DNA of 64,000 nucleotides from a virus: IMG/VR virus record IMGVR_UViG_3300028653_000010; one strand, 5' to 3'. Shown piece by piece: positions 27,885 to 36,610 of this stretch (position 1 is its first letter; each line of letters starts with the position of its first letter). The notes under the pieces were generated by a model. It saw only the letters and a program-made list of their open reading frames with translations, ran no database searches and was not told where the DNA came from. The position numbers and the translations under genes were made by a program.

Positions 27885-28477
27885 GTCTTCTTCCCTGGGT
27901 GGAAAAACTGGTACCCGGCGTTCTCGTTGCTCAGGTTCGGTAGTAGGGTGCGCTTGTAGAACCGCATGATGCGTTGTTCAGCGCTATCAACGTTCTCGGT
28001 ACTCTGACCGCGCTGACCAACGTCATGGGGTTTGAATGGCTCTGGTAGTGGTTCCTCACCCATGATGCTGTACCCAGTCAGTACGTTGAGACCATCAACG
28101 ATGACAACCGGCTTCATACCTGCCTTCGGTCCACTGGCACAACTGTCGTCTAACATATTCGGTCCACTCAGTCCATTGACATCTTGGATGCGCTTGAAGG
28201 CATGCCGCTCACAAGCCAAACCGGGTTCCGGTATAACCTCCCCGTCGTGGAGAGTCGGTTGCTCCGAGCGCGGTATGCGAGTCACCAGACAGTACTCCGA
28301 ACACGAGTCCCTAGTCCACTCCCCAAGACGTACATTGAACTCAGCCAAGAGAGCCGCCTCGCTCTTCACAGGGTCTGCCCACGAGCGCCACCCACCCTCT
28401 TGACGGTTCATGAGCCAGAGGTCCCCCTTGGGATCCCGTCGAAGTACGCAGTCGCCTAGTAGATTACGCTTTGCCAT
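27881..28477 (-). CDS. hypothetical protein (198 aa)
   Basis: ORF track. Confidence 0.45.
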   Translation of the reverse strand: MAKRNLLGDCVLRRDPKGDLWLMNRQEGGWRSWADPVKSEAALLAEFNVRLGEWTRDSCSEYCLVTRIPRSEQPTLHDGEVIPEPGLACERHAFKRIQDVNGLSGPNMLDDSCASGPKAGMKPVVIVDGLNVLTGYSIMGEEPLPEPFKPHDVGQRGQSTENVDSAEQRIMRFYKRTLLPNLSNENAGYQFFHPGKKT

Positions 28478-28693
28478 CTATATCACCTTTGAATTGACCA
28501 AGTCTATCCTGTCCTGAATCACCCTCACCAGCATATCCGGGCAGCCATAACTCACTGCTGAACACAGCTTGTCCCGGTTGTCACTCCTGAGGTCGAGCGC
28601 ATCCAGTAGTACTCGAGCCTGCCCCCACTGCTGACTCACGAGGGCCCTGTGGGTCACCGCGAACAGCTCCGAGGTCTTGAGCGTACACGTCAT
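28478..28693 (-). CDS. hypothetical protein (71 aa)
   Basis: ORF track. Confidence 0.35.
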   Translation of the reverse strand: MTCTLKTSELFAVTHRALVSQQWGQARVLLDALDLRSDNRDKLCSAVSYGCPDMLVRVIQDRIDLVNSKVI

Positions 28694-28696
28694 GTC

Positions 28697-29089
28697 CTAC
28701 CCCTTCACGCTTGCACGCCTCATCTCCCCCTGTAGGAGATCGACTGCGTTGTTCACCTGAGTAGCCAGCTCACGGAGCTGGGCCGGCGTAGCGCGCTTGG
28801 CTACCGCTTGAAGGTTGTCGAGAGCCTGCAGGTAGTGAGTCTGGGCAGCCGCTTTCATCTGCTCGGCCTCGTAGAGCTCAACCATCTCAGGTGTAGGTGG
28901 GAACCAAACCCGACCACCACACTGCCTAGAAGCCTTCGGGACCCGTTCTCCTGTAGTCATGATGACCACGGTCTTGGTCACGCGCTCAACGGTGACCTCA
29001 TGCCATCCACTGATGCTTCGGTAGTACCAGGTTGCACCGGGTACCGTTGACCTGATCATCTCTTCTTGCTCAGGAGTGCTGATTGTCAT
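28697..29089 (-). CDS. hypothetical protein (130 aa)
   Basis: ORF track; promoter 29096-29124 abuts the ATG. Confidence 0.5.
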   Translation of the reverse strand: MTISTPEQEEMIRSTVPGATWYYRSISGWHEVTVERVTKTVVIMTTGERVPKASRQCGGRVWFPPTPEMVELYEAEQMKAAAQTHYLQALDNLQAVAKRATPAQLRELATQVNNAVDLLQGEMRRASVKG

Positions 29090-29095
29090 GCCTCC

Positions 29096-29124
29096 TATTA
29101 CGCACCACTCGCTCTGATCTCAAC
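29096..29124 (-). promoter_or_regulatory. consensus leaderless promoter
   Basis: tattacgcaccactcgctctgatctcaac. Confidence 0.5.
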
Positions 29125-29311
29125 AAGAATTGATACTTCTGATGTAGGCATAGTATCTGTTCATACTTTTACGGGCACGAACGTCACCGATAACTACATG
29201 TGGTTTGGACAATACTTCAGAGCGGTATCGTCACGAACCGATACTCTGCCTACATATCCAACCCTAACCCGGCGCTCCGCGCCTAGTTCTGGTGTGACTA
29301 TCCTACCTCAA

Positions 29312-29376
29312 CACTTTACACAGTGAATCACAAGGCGCCAGAGGCGCAGTGTCACTTCCTTGTGTGATTCACTGTG
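29312..29376. repeat. inverted repeat (acagtgaatcacaagg ... ccttgtgtgattcactgt) within the divergent intergenic region
   Basis: Read directly from the sequence. TGAAT-containing short repeats lie nearby. Confidence 0.7.
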
Positions 29377-29565
29377 AATGTGAATGGTGCTGCACTGAAC
29401 TCACATGAATTGCAAGACAACTGTGTGTGGGGGCTGCAGGTAGGTGTGTAATCCATCACAGGTCACTTGTGCGAAGCACCGTGAATTGTGTGGTATTATA
29501 GTGTGTGTAGTTATTTAGGAAAATTGGGCCGGGTGGGTTTGGTATTTGCGGCGGTTGTCCGTCTG

Positions 29566-29742
29566 TTCAGCCTGCCACTTTCCGTGTACCACACTTGGAA
29601 TGTACCACACGGAAAGTGGGAGGCTGGCTGGAAGGCCCGCCACTTTCCGTGTGGTACATTCCAAGTACTTGATATTACTAACCTATTAGCGTGGTACAAA
29701 GAATGAGGCGGGCCAGGCGTCCGCCCTGCCACTTTCCGGTGT
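29566..29742. repeat. three copies of an ~18-bp iteron-like motif (c)tgccactttccg(g)tgt(a/g)(c/g)taca in direct and inverted orientation
   Basis: Copies lie near 29569-29590, 29633-29655 and 29724-29745. The first two form a larger palindrome. Confidence 0.6.
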
Positions 29743-29753
29743 ACCACAGAGGG

Positions 29754-30485
29754 ATGCCCGCGTACGGAATCATATACTTAGTACGGAACAAGACTACAGG
29801 GAAGGTCTACATCGGGCGTACTACTCAGCCATTAGCACTACGGTGGGCTGGACATGTGCATGATAGCAAGGGTAATGTTTCTACTGGGCTTCATGGAGCT
29901 ATCAAGAGGCAAGGGCCTGATGCCTTTGCAGTTGAGGAGATAGAGGCCTACCCTGATCGAGCCACACTGTTGGTAGCTGAGAGGGATGCTATTGACCGAT
30001 ACAAATCTCGTGACCCGAATGTTGGTTACAACATTGTGGCTGGGTATAAGGAAGGTGGGGACGCATACATTGGGACTGGGAGGGGTGGTAAAGAGTTACG
30101 GAACAAGGTATTGAAGGTTCGGGTAACAGGGACACAGCTTGAAGCGATGGTTACTCGAGCTTGTGCAGATGGTCGTACTGTATCGGACTGGGCTCGTATC
30201 CAACTAGAGAAGGCGTTGTCAGGTACGACTACTATGGTAGCAACTGAGTCTGTAGCACCTGTCGTAGTCGCAACTGAACCCTCGCTGAGCTCATCTGGGG
30301 GCGCTGATGCCTATCTGCAGGTATTGGAGGGTGGCACGCCTGAGCCTGGGGACGAGCATGCTTCGGTCTTACCTGAGCTTGTACCATTGCACTCGTCTGA
30401 GGGTGCCTCTCCCTCTGCTCCGGTGTCATCGTCTATAGGTGATGACATGTCGTGGTTGGATGAGATGACGTTTGACCTGGGGTGA
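29754..30485 (+). CDS. GIY-YIG family (homing) endonuclease
   Basis: MPAYGIIYLVRNKTTGKVYIGRTTQPLALRWAGHV...GYNI contains the GIY...YIG motifs and a conserved R. The start is set at the internal ATG of track ORF 29691..30485. Confidence 0.7.
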   Translation: MPAYGIIYLVRNKTTGKVYIGRTTQPLALRWAGHVHDSKGNVSTGLHGAIKRQGPDAFAVEEIEAYPDRATLLVAERDAIDRYKSRDPNVGYNIVAGYKEGGDAYIGTGRGGKELRNKVLKVRVTGTQLEAMVTRACADGRTVSDWARIQLEKALSGTTTMVATESVAPVVVATEPSLSSSGGADAYLQVLEGGTPEPGDEHASVLPELVPLHSSEGASPSAPVSSSIGDDMSWLDEMTFDLG

Positions 30486-30494
30486 CGGCTCTGG

Positions 30495-31070
30495 TCACAA
30501 CTTCAGGGTACTTCTCTTGCGCAGAGCCTTTCTTGTGAGGTTGTGTGTCCCTCGGCAGGGGTGATTGAACAAGTCTCGGCGAAAGCTAAGGACGTTGCTC
30601 ACTGAGGACTTTCGTTCGGGCATCCAATTGTATTCGGATAGGCGAGTACAGATGCTGGCGAATGTAAGTGTTTGGTCACCGAGGAGGTAGATGAGGTGGT
30701 TGATCAGGGTATGGTCCCCTTGGTTCCGGATTCCTCTCGGGATGGGTGTGAGTTTGCTTTCCAGGGGGTCCAGGTTGATGAGGGGGAAGGCTTCCTGAAT
30801 TCTTCTCTCGTAGTAGTCCAGTATTTCGTGCGTTCTATCTAGGCCTACTGAAAGGAACAAGTCATACAACTCGTGCTCGTGGGTGGTTATGGGGGCACCT
30901 TCATCAGGGGGCGGCTCAGCGGGGTTTCTCTTCATTCCGTTCTTCTCATTGGACTTGACGACGCTCACCAGGTTCGAGGAAAGGCCATTCACCCCTTGTT
31001 TTCTGGCCATCCTCAAGATTTCAAGGGTAGGTTTTTTCAGGTTAGCTCGAACGAACTCAGATTTGTTCAT
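30495..31070 (-). CDS. hypothetical protein (191 aa); its C-terminal domain is shared with 54082..54834
   Basis: The C-terminal ...TFASICTRLSEYNWMPERKSSVSNVLSFRRDLF aligns with ...IDFDTICTRLDVNNLAPQRRSSVSNTLSGRRDIF. Promoter copy 31081-31110. Confidence 0.5.
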   Translation of the reverse strand: MNKSEFVRANLKKPTLEILRMARKQGVNGLSSNLVSVVKSNEKNGMKRNPAEPPPDEGAPITTHEHELYDLFLSVGLDRTHEILDYYERRIQEAFPLINLDPLESKLTPIPRGIRNQGDHTLINHLIYLLGDQTLTFASICTRLSEYNWMPERKSSVSNVLSFRRDLFNHPCRGTHNLTRKALRKRSTLKL

Positions 31071-31080
31071 AACACTTGAC

Positions 31081-31110
31081 TATTACGCGCGGCTAGGTGT
31101 GAATCTCAAC
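31081..31110 (-). promoter_or_regulatory. consensus promoter (9-nt leader)
   Basis: tattacgcgcggctaggtgtgaatctcaac. Confidence 0.5.
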
Positions 31111-31117
31111 CAGAAAG

Positions 31118-31798
31118 GTGAGGTTTCCGGTGTATTCCTCGGGCATGTTCGCAGTACCAGTGAATAAGCCACTTTGGAAGGGTGCCCAGATAGTGAGTAA
31201 GGAGCCGCTCACTATCAGTGACGGTGAAGGGGGTGAGGTAGAGATACCGGTGGGGACACTTGGGCGGATTCATTCGTTTGAGGGGTCGGAGGTGAACATT
31301 GAATTGGAGTCGATACCTGGCACGAGGTATATGCATCAGCTTCGGTTGGACTTCGTTTATTACTGGGGGGTAATGGCGGGGAGTGAGCCACCTGTTCTGG
31401 GTGACCATGGGATTGTACCGATGGTAGTTGAAGGGCATCCGGATGGTGGGGAGGGTGCTTCGGTCAAGTGCATTGGGTATTGGGCTACTGCTGAGAACCC
31501 ATTAGTTGACTGGTATGCGCAGAAGGGTATCGTGTTACCGTGGCCTGGTCAGCATGTGGACCTGTCGTGGGATGCTGATGAGAGGGCGATGGTTCTTGGT
31601 TATCTCCGGTCATGTCCTGACGTGGAGTATTGGCGTGGGTGGTCTATGTGTCGTCTCTGTTCTGCTGATCTTGGTTCGACGGACAAGGGGGATGGTATTT
31701 ACATGTGGCCGGATGGGTTTGACCACTATGTTGAAGCCCATGGTGTCAGGCCGCCGAAGGAGTTCATTGACCACGTTTACGCTCGAGTAAAGGCGTAG
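31118..31798 (+). CDS. hypothetical protein (226 aa)
   Basis: ORF track; first gene of the long plus-strand block. Confidence 0.45.
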   Translation: MRFPVYSSGMFAVPVNKPLWKGAQIVSKEPLTISDGEGGEVEIPVGTLGRIHSFEGSEVNIELESIPGTRYMHQLRLDFVYYWGVMAGSEPPVLGDHGIVPMVVEGHPDGGEGASVKCIGYWATAENPLVDWYAQKGIVLPWPGQHVDLSWDADERAMVLGYLRSCPDVEYWRGWSMCRLCSADLGSTDKGDGIYMWPDGFDHYVEAHGVRPPKEFIDHVYARVKA

Positions 31799-31846
31799 GT
31801 TGAGTTGGAATGACCAAGCACTTCATGAGCTTCCAAGAGGGAGCCG

Positions 31847-32644
31847 GTGATCTTCCCCGGTGTAGCAGTCTACCCTATGACAGACTATTACTTTGACACT
31901 AGCGCCTTTTCAGACCTTTGGAGATCTAACTCAACGTTGGATCAAAGTTACAAGGAACGTGTACTAAGTCACTTACAAGACCATAGTAATTCAATCGTTC
32001 TAAGCTCGACCTTTCTTGATGAGCTGGTACCCCCACTTCAGGCTGCTGGTAGGGTAGACCAACTTCGAGAGAGACTTGCTTTTCTAGAGAAGTGTAGTCT
32101 AAAAGCATACTCTTATTCAGAGTCACTAATCAGGGTTCCATTGTCGAGGGTTGACATCATGGAAGCCTTCCATTCGGCTCTGTATAGGCCAGAAATCTAT
32201 AGGACCCAGGGTTCTCGTCTTAGTATATCAAGGAGTCATAGTTTGGTTAGTCAGAATGATCTAATTCGTCGATACCAAGAGATTCCTAGTCGTCACATTC
32301 CTGAGCTAATAGACACATTATTCAATGAAGAGCACAGGGTGAGGTGTGCTACTAACCTACTTGAGAGATTTCACCTGACCTCACAGGTAGACCCAAGAAC
32401 AATTAGGTTCCTTTGGGTCTACAGTGGTGCAAGTATAGCCTATCAAAGCCTACATATACAAGGGTTTGTGAATGGTGAGAGACCAGACATCAACGACACA
32501 ACCGACCTTCTTCACGTGACAAGTGCATCAGAAGCCGAATTATTCATTACCAGTGATGCAGATCAATTTAGACTGGCTGAAGCTTGTCTTCCTCCTGAGA
32601 CTAAAGTTGAGTTATTCAGGACCTGGGTTGAACGAATTGTATAG
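31847..32644 (+). CDS. hypothetical protein (265 aa)
   Basis: ORF track. Confidence 0.45.
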   Translation: MIFPGVAVYPMTDYYFDTSAFSDLWRSNSTLDQSYKERVLSHLQDHSNSIVLSSTFLDELVPPLQAAGRVDQLRERLAFLEKCSLKAYSYSESLIRVPLSRVDIMEAFHSALYRPEIYRTQGSRLSISRSHSLVSQNDLIRRYQEIPSRHIPELIDTLFNEEHRVRCATNLLERFHLTSQVDPRTIRFLWVYSGASIAYQSLHIQGFVNGERPDINDTTDLLHVTSASEAELFITSDADQFRLAEACLPPETKVELFRTWVERIV

Positions 32645-32665
32645 CGGTGTACTACATCCATTACT

Positions 32666-33082
32666 ATGTGGAGCAATCAAGATCCTCGGGAGAGCATCAA
32701 CAAGCGGGCTGACATCCTGATTCTCAGGCCTACTGGAGGGGCAAGTTACCGGGTGGGGCAAGGACAGGTTGAGACGAAGAACGCATGGTCTATCTGGACG
32801 ACGTTCGAGGACCACAAGCACATAGATGAGTGGGACCCTCTTTGGTGGTGGGACTGGGCTAGGTTCCCTGGTGCGGCTGTTTCGGGTGCTGGTGATACGG
32901 TTGACGGTGTCCGAGCGGACCAGCTTGTTGAGACGCTTCACACGCTAGCGGGGCCTGACTGGTCCTTGGTTCAGGAGCGGGATCGCCTTGGGTTCAACTC
33001 GGGTGTGGCTTTGATAGACTATCGTGGCGCCCATGTTGCTTTATTCGACCAAGTAGCGTATGAGGAGCTGATTCAGACCTAA
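32666..33082 (+). CDS. hypothetical protein (138 aa)
   Basis: ORF track. Confidence 0.4.
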   Translation: MWSNQDPRESINKRADILILRPTGGASYRVGQGQVETKNAWSIWTTFEDHKHIDEWDPLWWWDWARFPGAAVSGAGDTVDGVRADQLVETLHTLAGPDWSLVQERDRLGFNSGVALIDYRGAHVALFDQVAYEELIQT

Positions 33083-33105
33083 TTTACTACAGGACCTCTA
33101 CCTAC

Positions 33106-33546
33106 ATGAAGCTATACTCTGAGTTTTTCACCACTTTGCATGATGAAGACCCAATACTGGGTAATGGTATTCACTATTCGGTACTACGGGCTCTTGTATG
33201 GGTACCTCAGATGAGCAATCACGACTTTGCTATCATCTGGGGTGCGGATCATGATTCGCGGATCTTGTGGGTAGCGGAGCAGCTCTATGTTCGTCTTCTA
33301 CTTCACCATGTCTTGTTCATCTCTGAGAGTGCTTCTCGGGTTACGGTCTTGACATCGGGACCGGTGGCGATGGAGTTTGAGCGTGGGTTCAGGGAGATTG
33401 CGGGTCGGGTTTCGTGTTATTGCTCCGAGGTCTGTATCGAGCCTTTTCGGAGTGGTACTGGGTACATAGCTGACGATACGGTTGAAGTATCGTCATACCT
33501 GAATGGGATCAATGAGCGTTGGTCTTTGGGTACCCGGGGGGCGTGA
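33106..33546 (+). CDS. hypothetical protein (146 aa)
   Basis: ORF track. Confidence 0.4.
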   Translation: MKLYSEFFTTLHDEDPILGNGIHYSVLRALVWVPQMSNHDFAIIWGADHDSRILWVAEQLYVRLLLHHVLFISESASRVTVLTSGPVAMEFERGFREIAGRVSCYCSEVCIEPFRSGTGYIADDTVEVSSYLNGINERWSLGTRGA

Positions 33547-33838
33547 TTTGGCTTTACCGCCTTCATGTGATGGTTGTCGGTATTGTCCCTTGACGTATCC
33601 CTCTCAGGGTGTTGTAGGCACGGAGGCTATTGGCCGGATACCGGTTGCTGACTTTGTTTGGAGGGCGGCTTGTTCTCGGGGTCATGAGGTACGGGTCTGT
33701 TGGGTATGGGATGGTCCATTGGAGGATGTGAAGACTATCCATCTGTATCGTTCGGTTCTTTGGTTGAATTGTCCTGACCGAGACGTCAAGTATGCTGGGC
33801 TTCGGAGGAGTCGTTACTCGCGGGAGTGGGTGATTTGA
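33503..33838 (+). CDS. RYERDPVI-tail family protein (ends ...RRSRYSREWVI); the start is uncertain (ATG 33503 or TTG ~33548)
   Basis: N-terminal CDGCRYCPLTYPSQGV is paralogous to the N-terminus of 35040..35552. The conserved C-terminal tail is present. Confidence 0.45.
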   Translation: MGSMSVGLWVPGGRDLALPPSCDGCRYCPLTYPSQGVVGTEAIGRIPVADFVWRAACSRGHEVRVCWVWDGPLEDVKTIHLYRSVLWLNCPDRDVKYAGLRRSRYSREWVI

Positions 33839-33870
33839 TGCCTAGATATGAGCGGGATCCGGTCATCTGA
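33838..33870 (+). other. 10-codon mini-ORF encoding only the family tail (MPRYERDPVI)
   Basis: atgcctagatatgagcgggatccggtcatctga; its ATG overlaps the TGA of the upstream gene. Confidence 0.25.
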
Positions 33871-34387
33871 TGGTGTACTCTTTGATATGCCTGTACGAAA
33901 AAGTTTTGCTAGTCAAAAGCTAATGGGGTGTTCTGAAGTACCGGTTGAACTGCAATTGGAGGCAGCTCGGTATCTTTTGGCGTGGGCTGATAGCAATCGA
34001 AGACCCTCCTTAGTCTACTCTACCTCAGCCTTCATATTCCAACACAGTACGGATCAAGACGAGCGACTTTCGAGAGCGCAATACTTGATAGGGGAGAGGT
34101 CTCCCCTATACGTCGTTGAGAGTACCCAACTCGATGTGGCTAAGTGGGTGCTTCAGAATCTAGAGGAGGGTACTGTCGATTATGACCTCGCTTGCATTTT
34201 TATTGTCAGGTTAGATCCCACATCACAGTTAGCTGGGCAAGCGGGTCAATACCTATACCGTACGGCGTTTGCTGATCCTGTCGAGGAAGAAGTTCAGGAT
34301 GATCCATCGTTACCTGCTGAGCCATCGGAAGAGAGTTCCAATTTACTTGAACGAGTCTCGAGATACGAGCGGGAACCGGTCATTTGA
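33848..34387 (+). CDS. RYERDPVI-tail family protein (179 aa; ends ...RVSRYEREPVI)
   Basis: ORF track; conserved C-terminal tail. Confidence 0.5.
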   Translation: MSGIRSSDGVLFDMPVRKSFASQKLMGCSEVPVELQLEAARYLLAWADSNRRPSLVYSTSAFIFQHSTDQDERLSRAQYLIGERSPLYVVESTQLDVAKWVLQNLEEGTVDYDLACIFIVRLDPTSQLAGQAGQYLYRTAFADPVEEEVQDDPSLPAEPSEESSNLLERVSRYEREPVI

Positions 34388-34506
34388 CTTCCGGAAGCCA
34401 TCCGATTACCTCCCAGTTGAAGTCTATCTCTGAGTTGTCGTCAGCGGTTCTCCAGTAGCAGTCATCTTCGTCGACGTGGACAAGAACGGACTCGACGAGC
34501 TTCCCA

Positions 34507-35040
34507 GTGGTAGCCCCTCGGAGGAGGGCTCTGACGGGTACTCCGACCGCGGGGTTTTGCTTCTTTGGGTCAATCCACATTTGGTGTAATCTCGGGTATA
34601 TGCCAACGATTGAAGTGGACGAGAGCGATCAGGTATTCGTGGTCAAGGGGCGTACGGGTCGTGGTGGGTATCACGAGTTTGGGCCGAGCGATCTTATCAT
34701 AGCGGTACAGAGTCTTCGTAGTGTTATTGACGAGGTGGGCTTTGAAGACCCTGGAGTACCGGAGAACGACATTTATACTCGTGTTTGGATAGGTGGTACA
34801 TACTGGGGTGGCTGGGGTGGGTTTACCCTCACGAATTTGGGGGGCCCTCGGAACACCCATGTTGAGTTCACCTTTCAGAGGGGACAAGCTCCAGTACTAC
34901 AAGAGAGGATTCTGGGTCTTGGTCCATGGGCAACGATTCGATACCTAGGTGACCCCACTGGCTCATCGGAACCACCCGTTGAGGAGCCATTGACACCGGT
35001 TGACAGGGTCTCGAGGTACAACCGGGATCCGGTCATCTGA
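34507..35040 (+). CDS. RYERDPVI-tail family protein (ends ...RVSRYNRDPVI)
   Basis: ORF track; conserved tail. Its stop overlaps the next start (TGATG). Confidence 0.5.
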   Translation: MVAPRRRALTGTPTAGFCFFGSIHIWCNLGYMPTIEVDESDQVFVVKGRTGRGGYHEFGPSDLIIAVQSLRSVIDEVGFEDPGVPENDIYTRVWIGGTYWGGWGGFTLTNLGGPRNTHVEFTFQRGQAPVLQERILGLGPWATIRYLGDPTGSSEPPVEEPLTPVDRVSRYNRDPVI

Positions 35041-35552
35041 TGCCTAACCCTTGTGACAGTTGCCGGCACTGTCCCTCTACGTATCCCTCTCAGGGTGTTA
35101 CGGGGGACGCGGTAGGGCGGTCCCCAAACTTTGGGTGGGAGGGCACTTGCTTACTGGGGCATCCGGTCGGCATCCTATGGGAGTGGGTTACTGAGAACTT
35201 CGTGAGTGAGGACTCGTTGGTGAAATCCTCTTTGATGTTCAACATCTGGGAGCGTGAGTCAACACTACACGTCACGAACTCAACTAGATTCCCGGCTCAA
35301 TCGAGGTTTAAGGTTCAGGTTGACCAAGAGATCATACTGGTTACTAGTGTCGATACTGGCGTTGGGGGTAACACTTGGAGGGTAACTCGAGGGGTTGATG
35401 GTACTATCGCTATCCCTCATGCCGCTGGGGCGATTGTTACAGGCGCAACGATAGCGGCTATTCGACTTTACCGGTCGAACACCCTTGGTTCATGCCCTGA
35501 CTGGGCTGAACCTATTCGGGTGAGTCGGTATCATCGTGCGTGGGTGATCTGA
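35040..35552 (+). CDS. RYERDPVI-tail family protein (170 aa; ends ...RVSRYHRAWVI)
   Basis: ORF track; N-terminal CDSCRHCPSTYPSQGV. Confidence 0.5.
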   Translation: MPNPCDSCRHCPSTYPSQGVTGDAVGRSPNFGWEGTCLLGHPVGILWEWVTENFVSEDSLVKSSLMFNIWERESTLHVTNSTRFPAQSRFKVQVDQEIILVTSVDTGVGGNTWRVTRGVDGTIAIPHAAGAIVTGATIAAIRLYRSNTLGSCPDWAEPIRVSRYHRAWVI

Positions 35553-35576
35553 GATCCTCTCGGTGTACTGGGTGGC

Positions 35577-35921
35577 ATGTCCGATGTAACAGACCTGATT
35601 GGAAAGCCTCTCACTGATTTCCGTGTGATTCAGATGACTGAGGTTTATCGAACCAATGAGGACGGTTGCTGTACCAAGTCAGAGGGTTGCTTCACGAGTG
35701 ATGTGGTAGCTCTGGCCTATTCGAAGGGGTTGGGTGATTCTTCCTACACGGGCACGCGCAAGGTACTTGTCTTGACCAACGGGGTTGTAGGTTACTTAGT
35801 TGACTTGCCAGTGATTCTGGCTGATGCAGACTCTGCGCTAGAGTCTATCCGTACTAGAGCACTCTCCAAGTTGACTCCCGAGGAAGTCCAGTTACTAGGC
35901 CTATCTAATTTAGTTACATGA
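35577..35921 (+). CDS. hypothetical protein (114 aa)
   Basis: ORF track. Confidence 0.4.
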   Translation: MSDVTDLIGKPLTDFRVIQMTEVYRTNEDGCCTKSEGCFTSDVVALAYSKGLGDSSYTGTRKVLVLTNGVVGYLVDLPVILADADSALESIRTRALSKLTPEEVQLLGLSNLVT

Positions 35922-36106
35922 AAAACGTACAACTACCGAATGGGCATGGGAGGCTTATCTGCAAGTATTGCAGGAATATCATTCACCAATGCGCGTGTTC
36001 CAACCATCTGAAGGAGACCTTCGGGGTCTGTTCGACTTGTGAGAGCAAGGAGGGGCTATCCCCTCGGGACAAGTACATGCACTTATCAACTCGATTAGGG
36101 CTATAA
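35918..36106 (+). CDS. small Cys-rich protein (62 aa)
   Basis: CKYC...CAC...CSTC. Confidence 0.35.
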   Translation: MKNVQLPNGHGRLICKYCRNIIHQCACSNHLKETFGVCSTCESKEGLSPRDKYMHLSTRLGL

Positions 36107-36210
36107 CTCAAGGTCCGTTACCTCCGGGTAGTCCTAGTTCCAGTCAGACTATGGTCCCTGTGGGGACAACTTACTTCTGGATTGACTGATCACTCGGTGT
36201 AACACGAAGC

Positions 36211-36603
36211 ATGCCAAATCCGTTTGCTGAGTCTTTGGTCAAAGCCATCCGCATTGATACCCAAAACCCTGGGTACGAGGCTGTAGTAGCCTTACTACAC
36301 GAGTTCGTTGCGGGTTTGAACACTCTTGATCCTAGTCGCAAGTGGGTTCACTTCGAGATCGAATCTGGGGGCATTCTCGAATCAGGTCTGGCGTTCGTGG
36401 TCTTTGACTCCAGGTCGAGGGAGGTTTGGTTCACGTTCGAGGTGTCGGACGAGGGTTATCCGGTAATGGTACGTTGCTGGGGCTTCAAGGCGAAGCGTAA
36501 CTCCAAGGAGGGCCTTGTCGACCTGCTTGTTGGTATCTGCCGTAGGTCTTCGGTCCGTGAGAAGTTTAGGGATTTACTGAGCCCACTAGATAATCTAGGG
36601 TGA
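36211..36603 (+). CDS. hypothetical protein (130 aa)
   Basis: ORF track. Confidence 0.4.
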   Translation: MPNPFAESLVKAIRIDTQNPGYEAVVALLHEFVAGLNTLDPSRKWVHFEIESGGILESGLAFVVFDSRSREVWFTFEVSDEGYPVMVRCWGFKAKRNSKEGLVDLLVGICRRSSVREKFRDLLSPLDNLG

Positions 36604-36610
36604 CCCCTTC

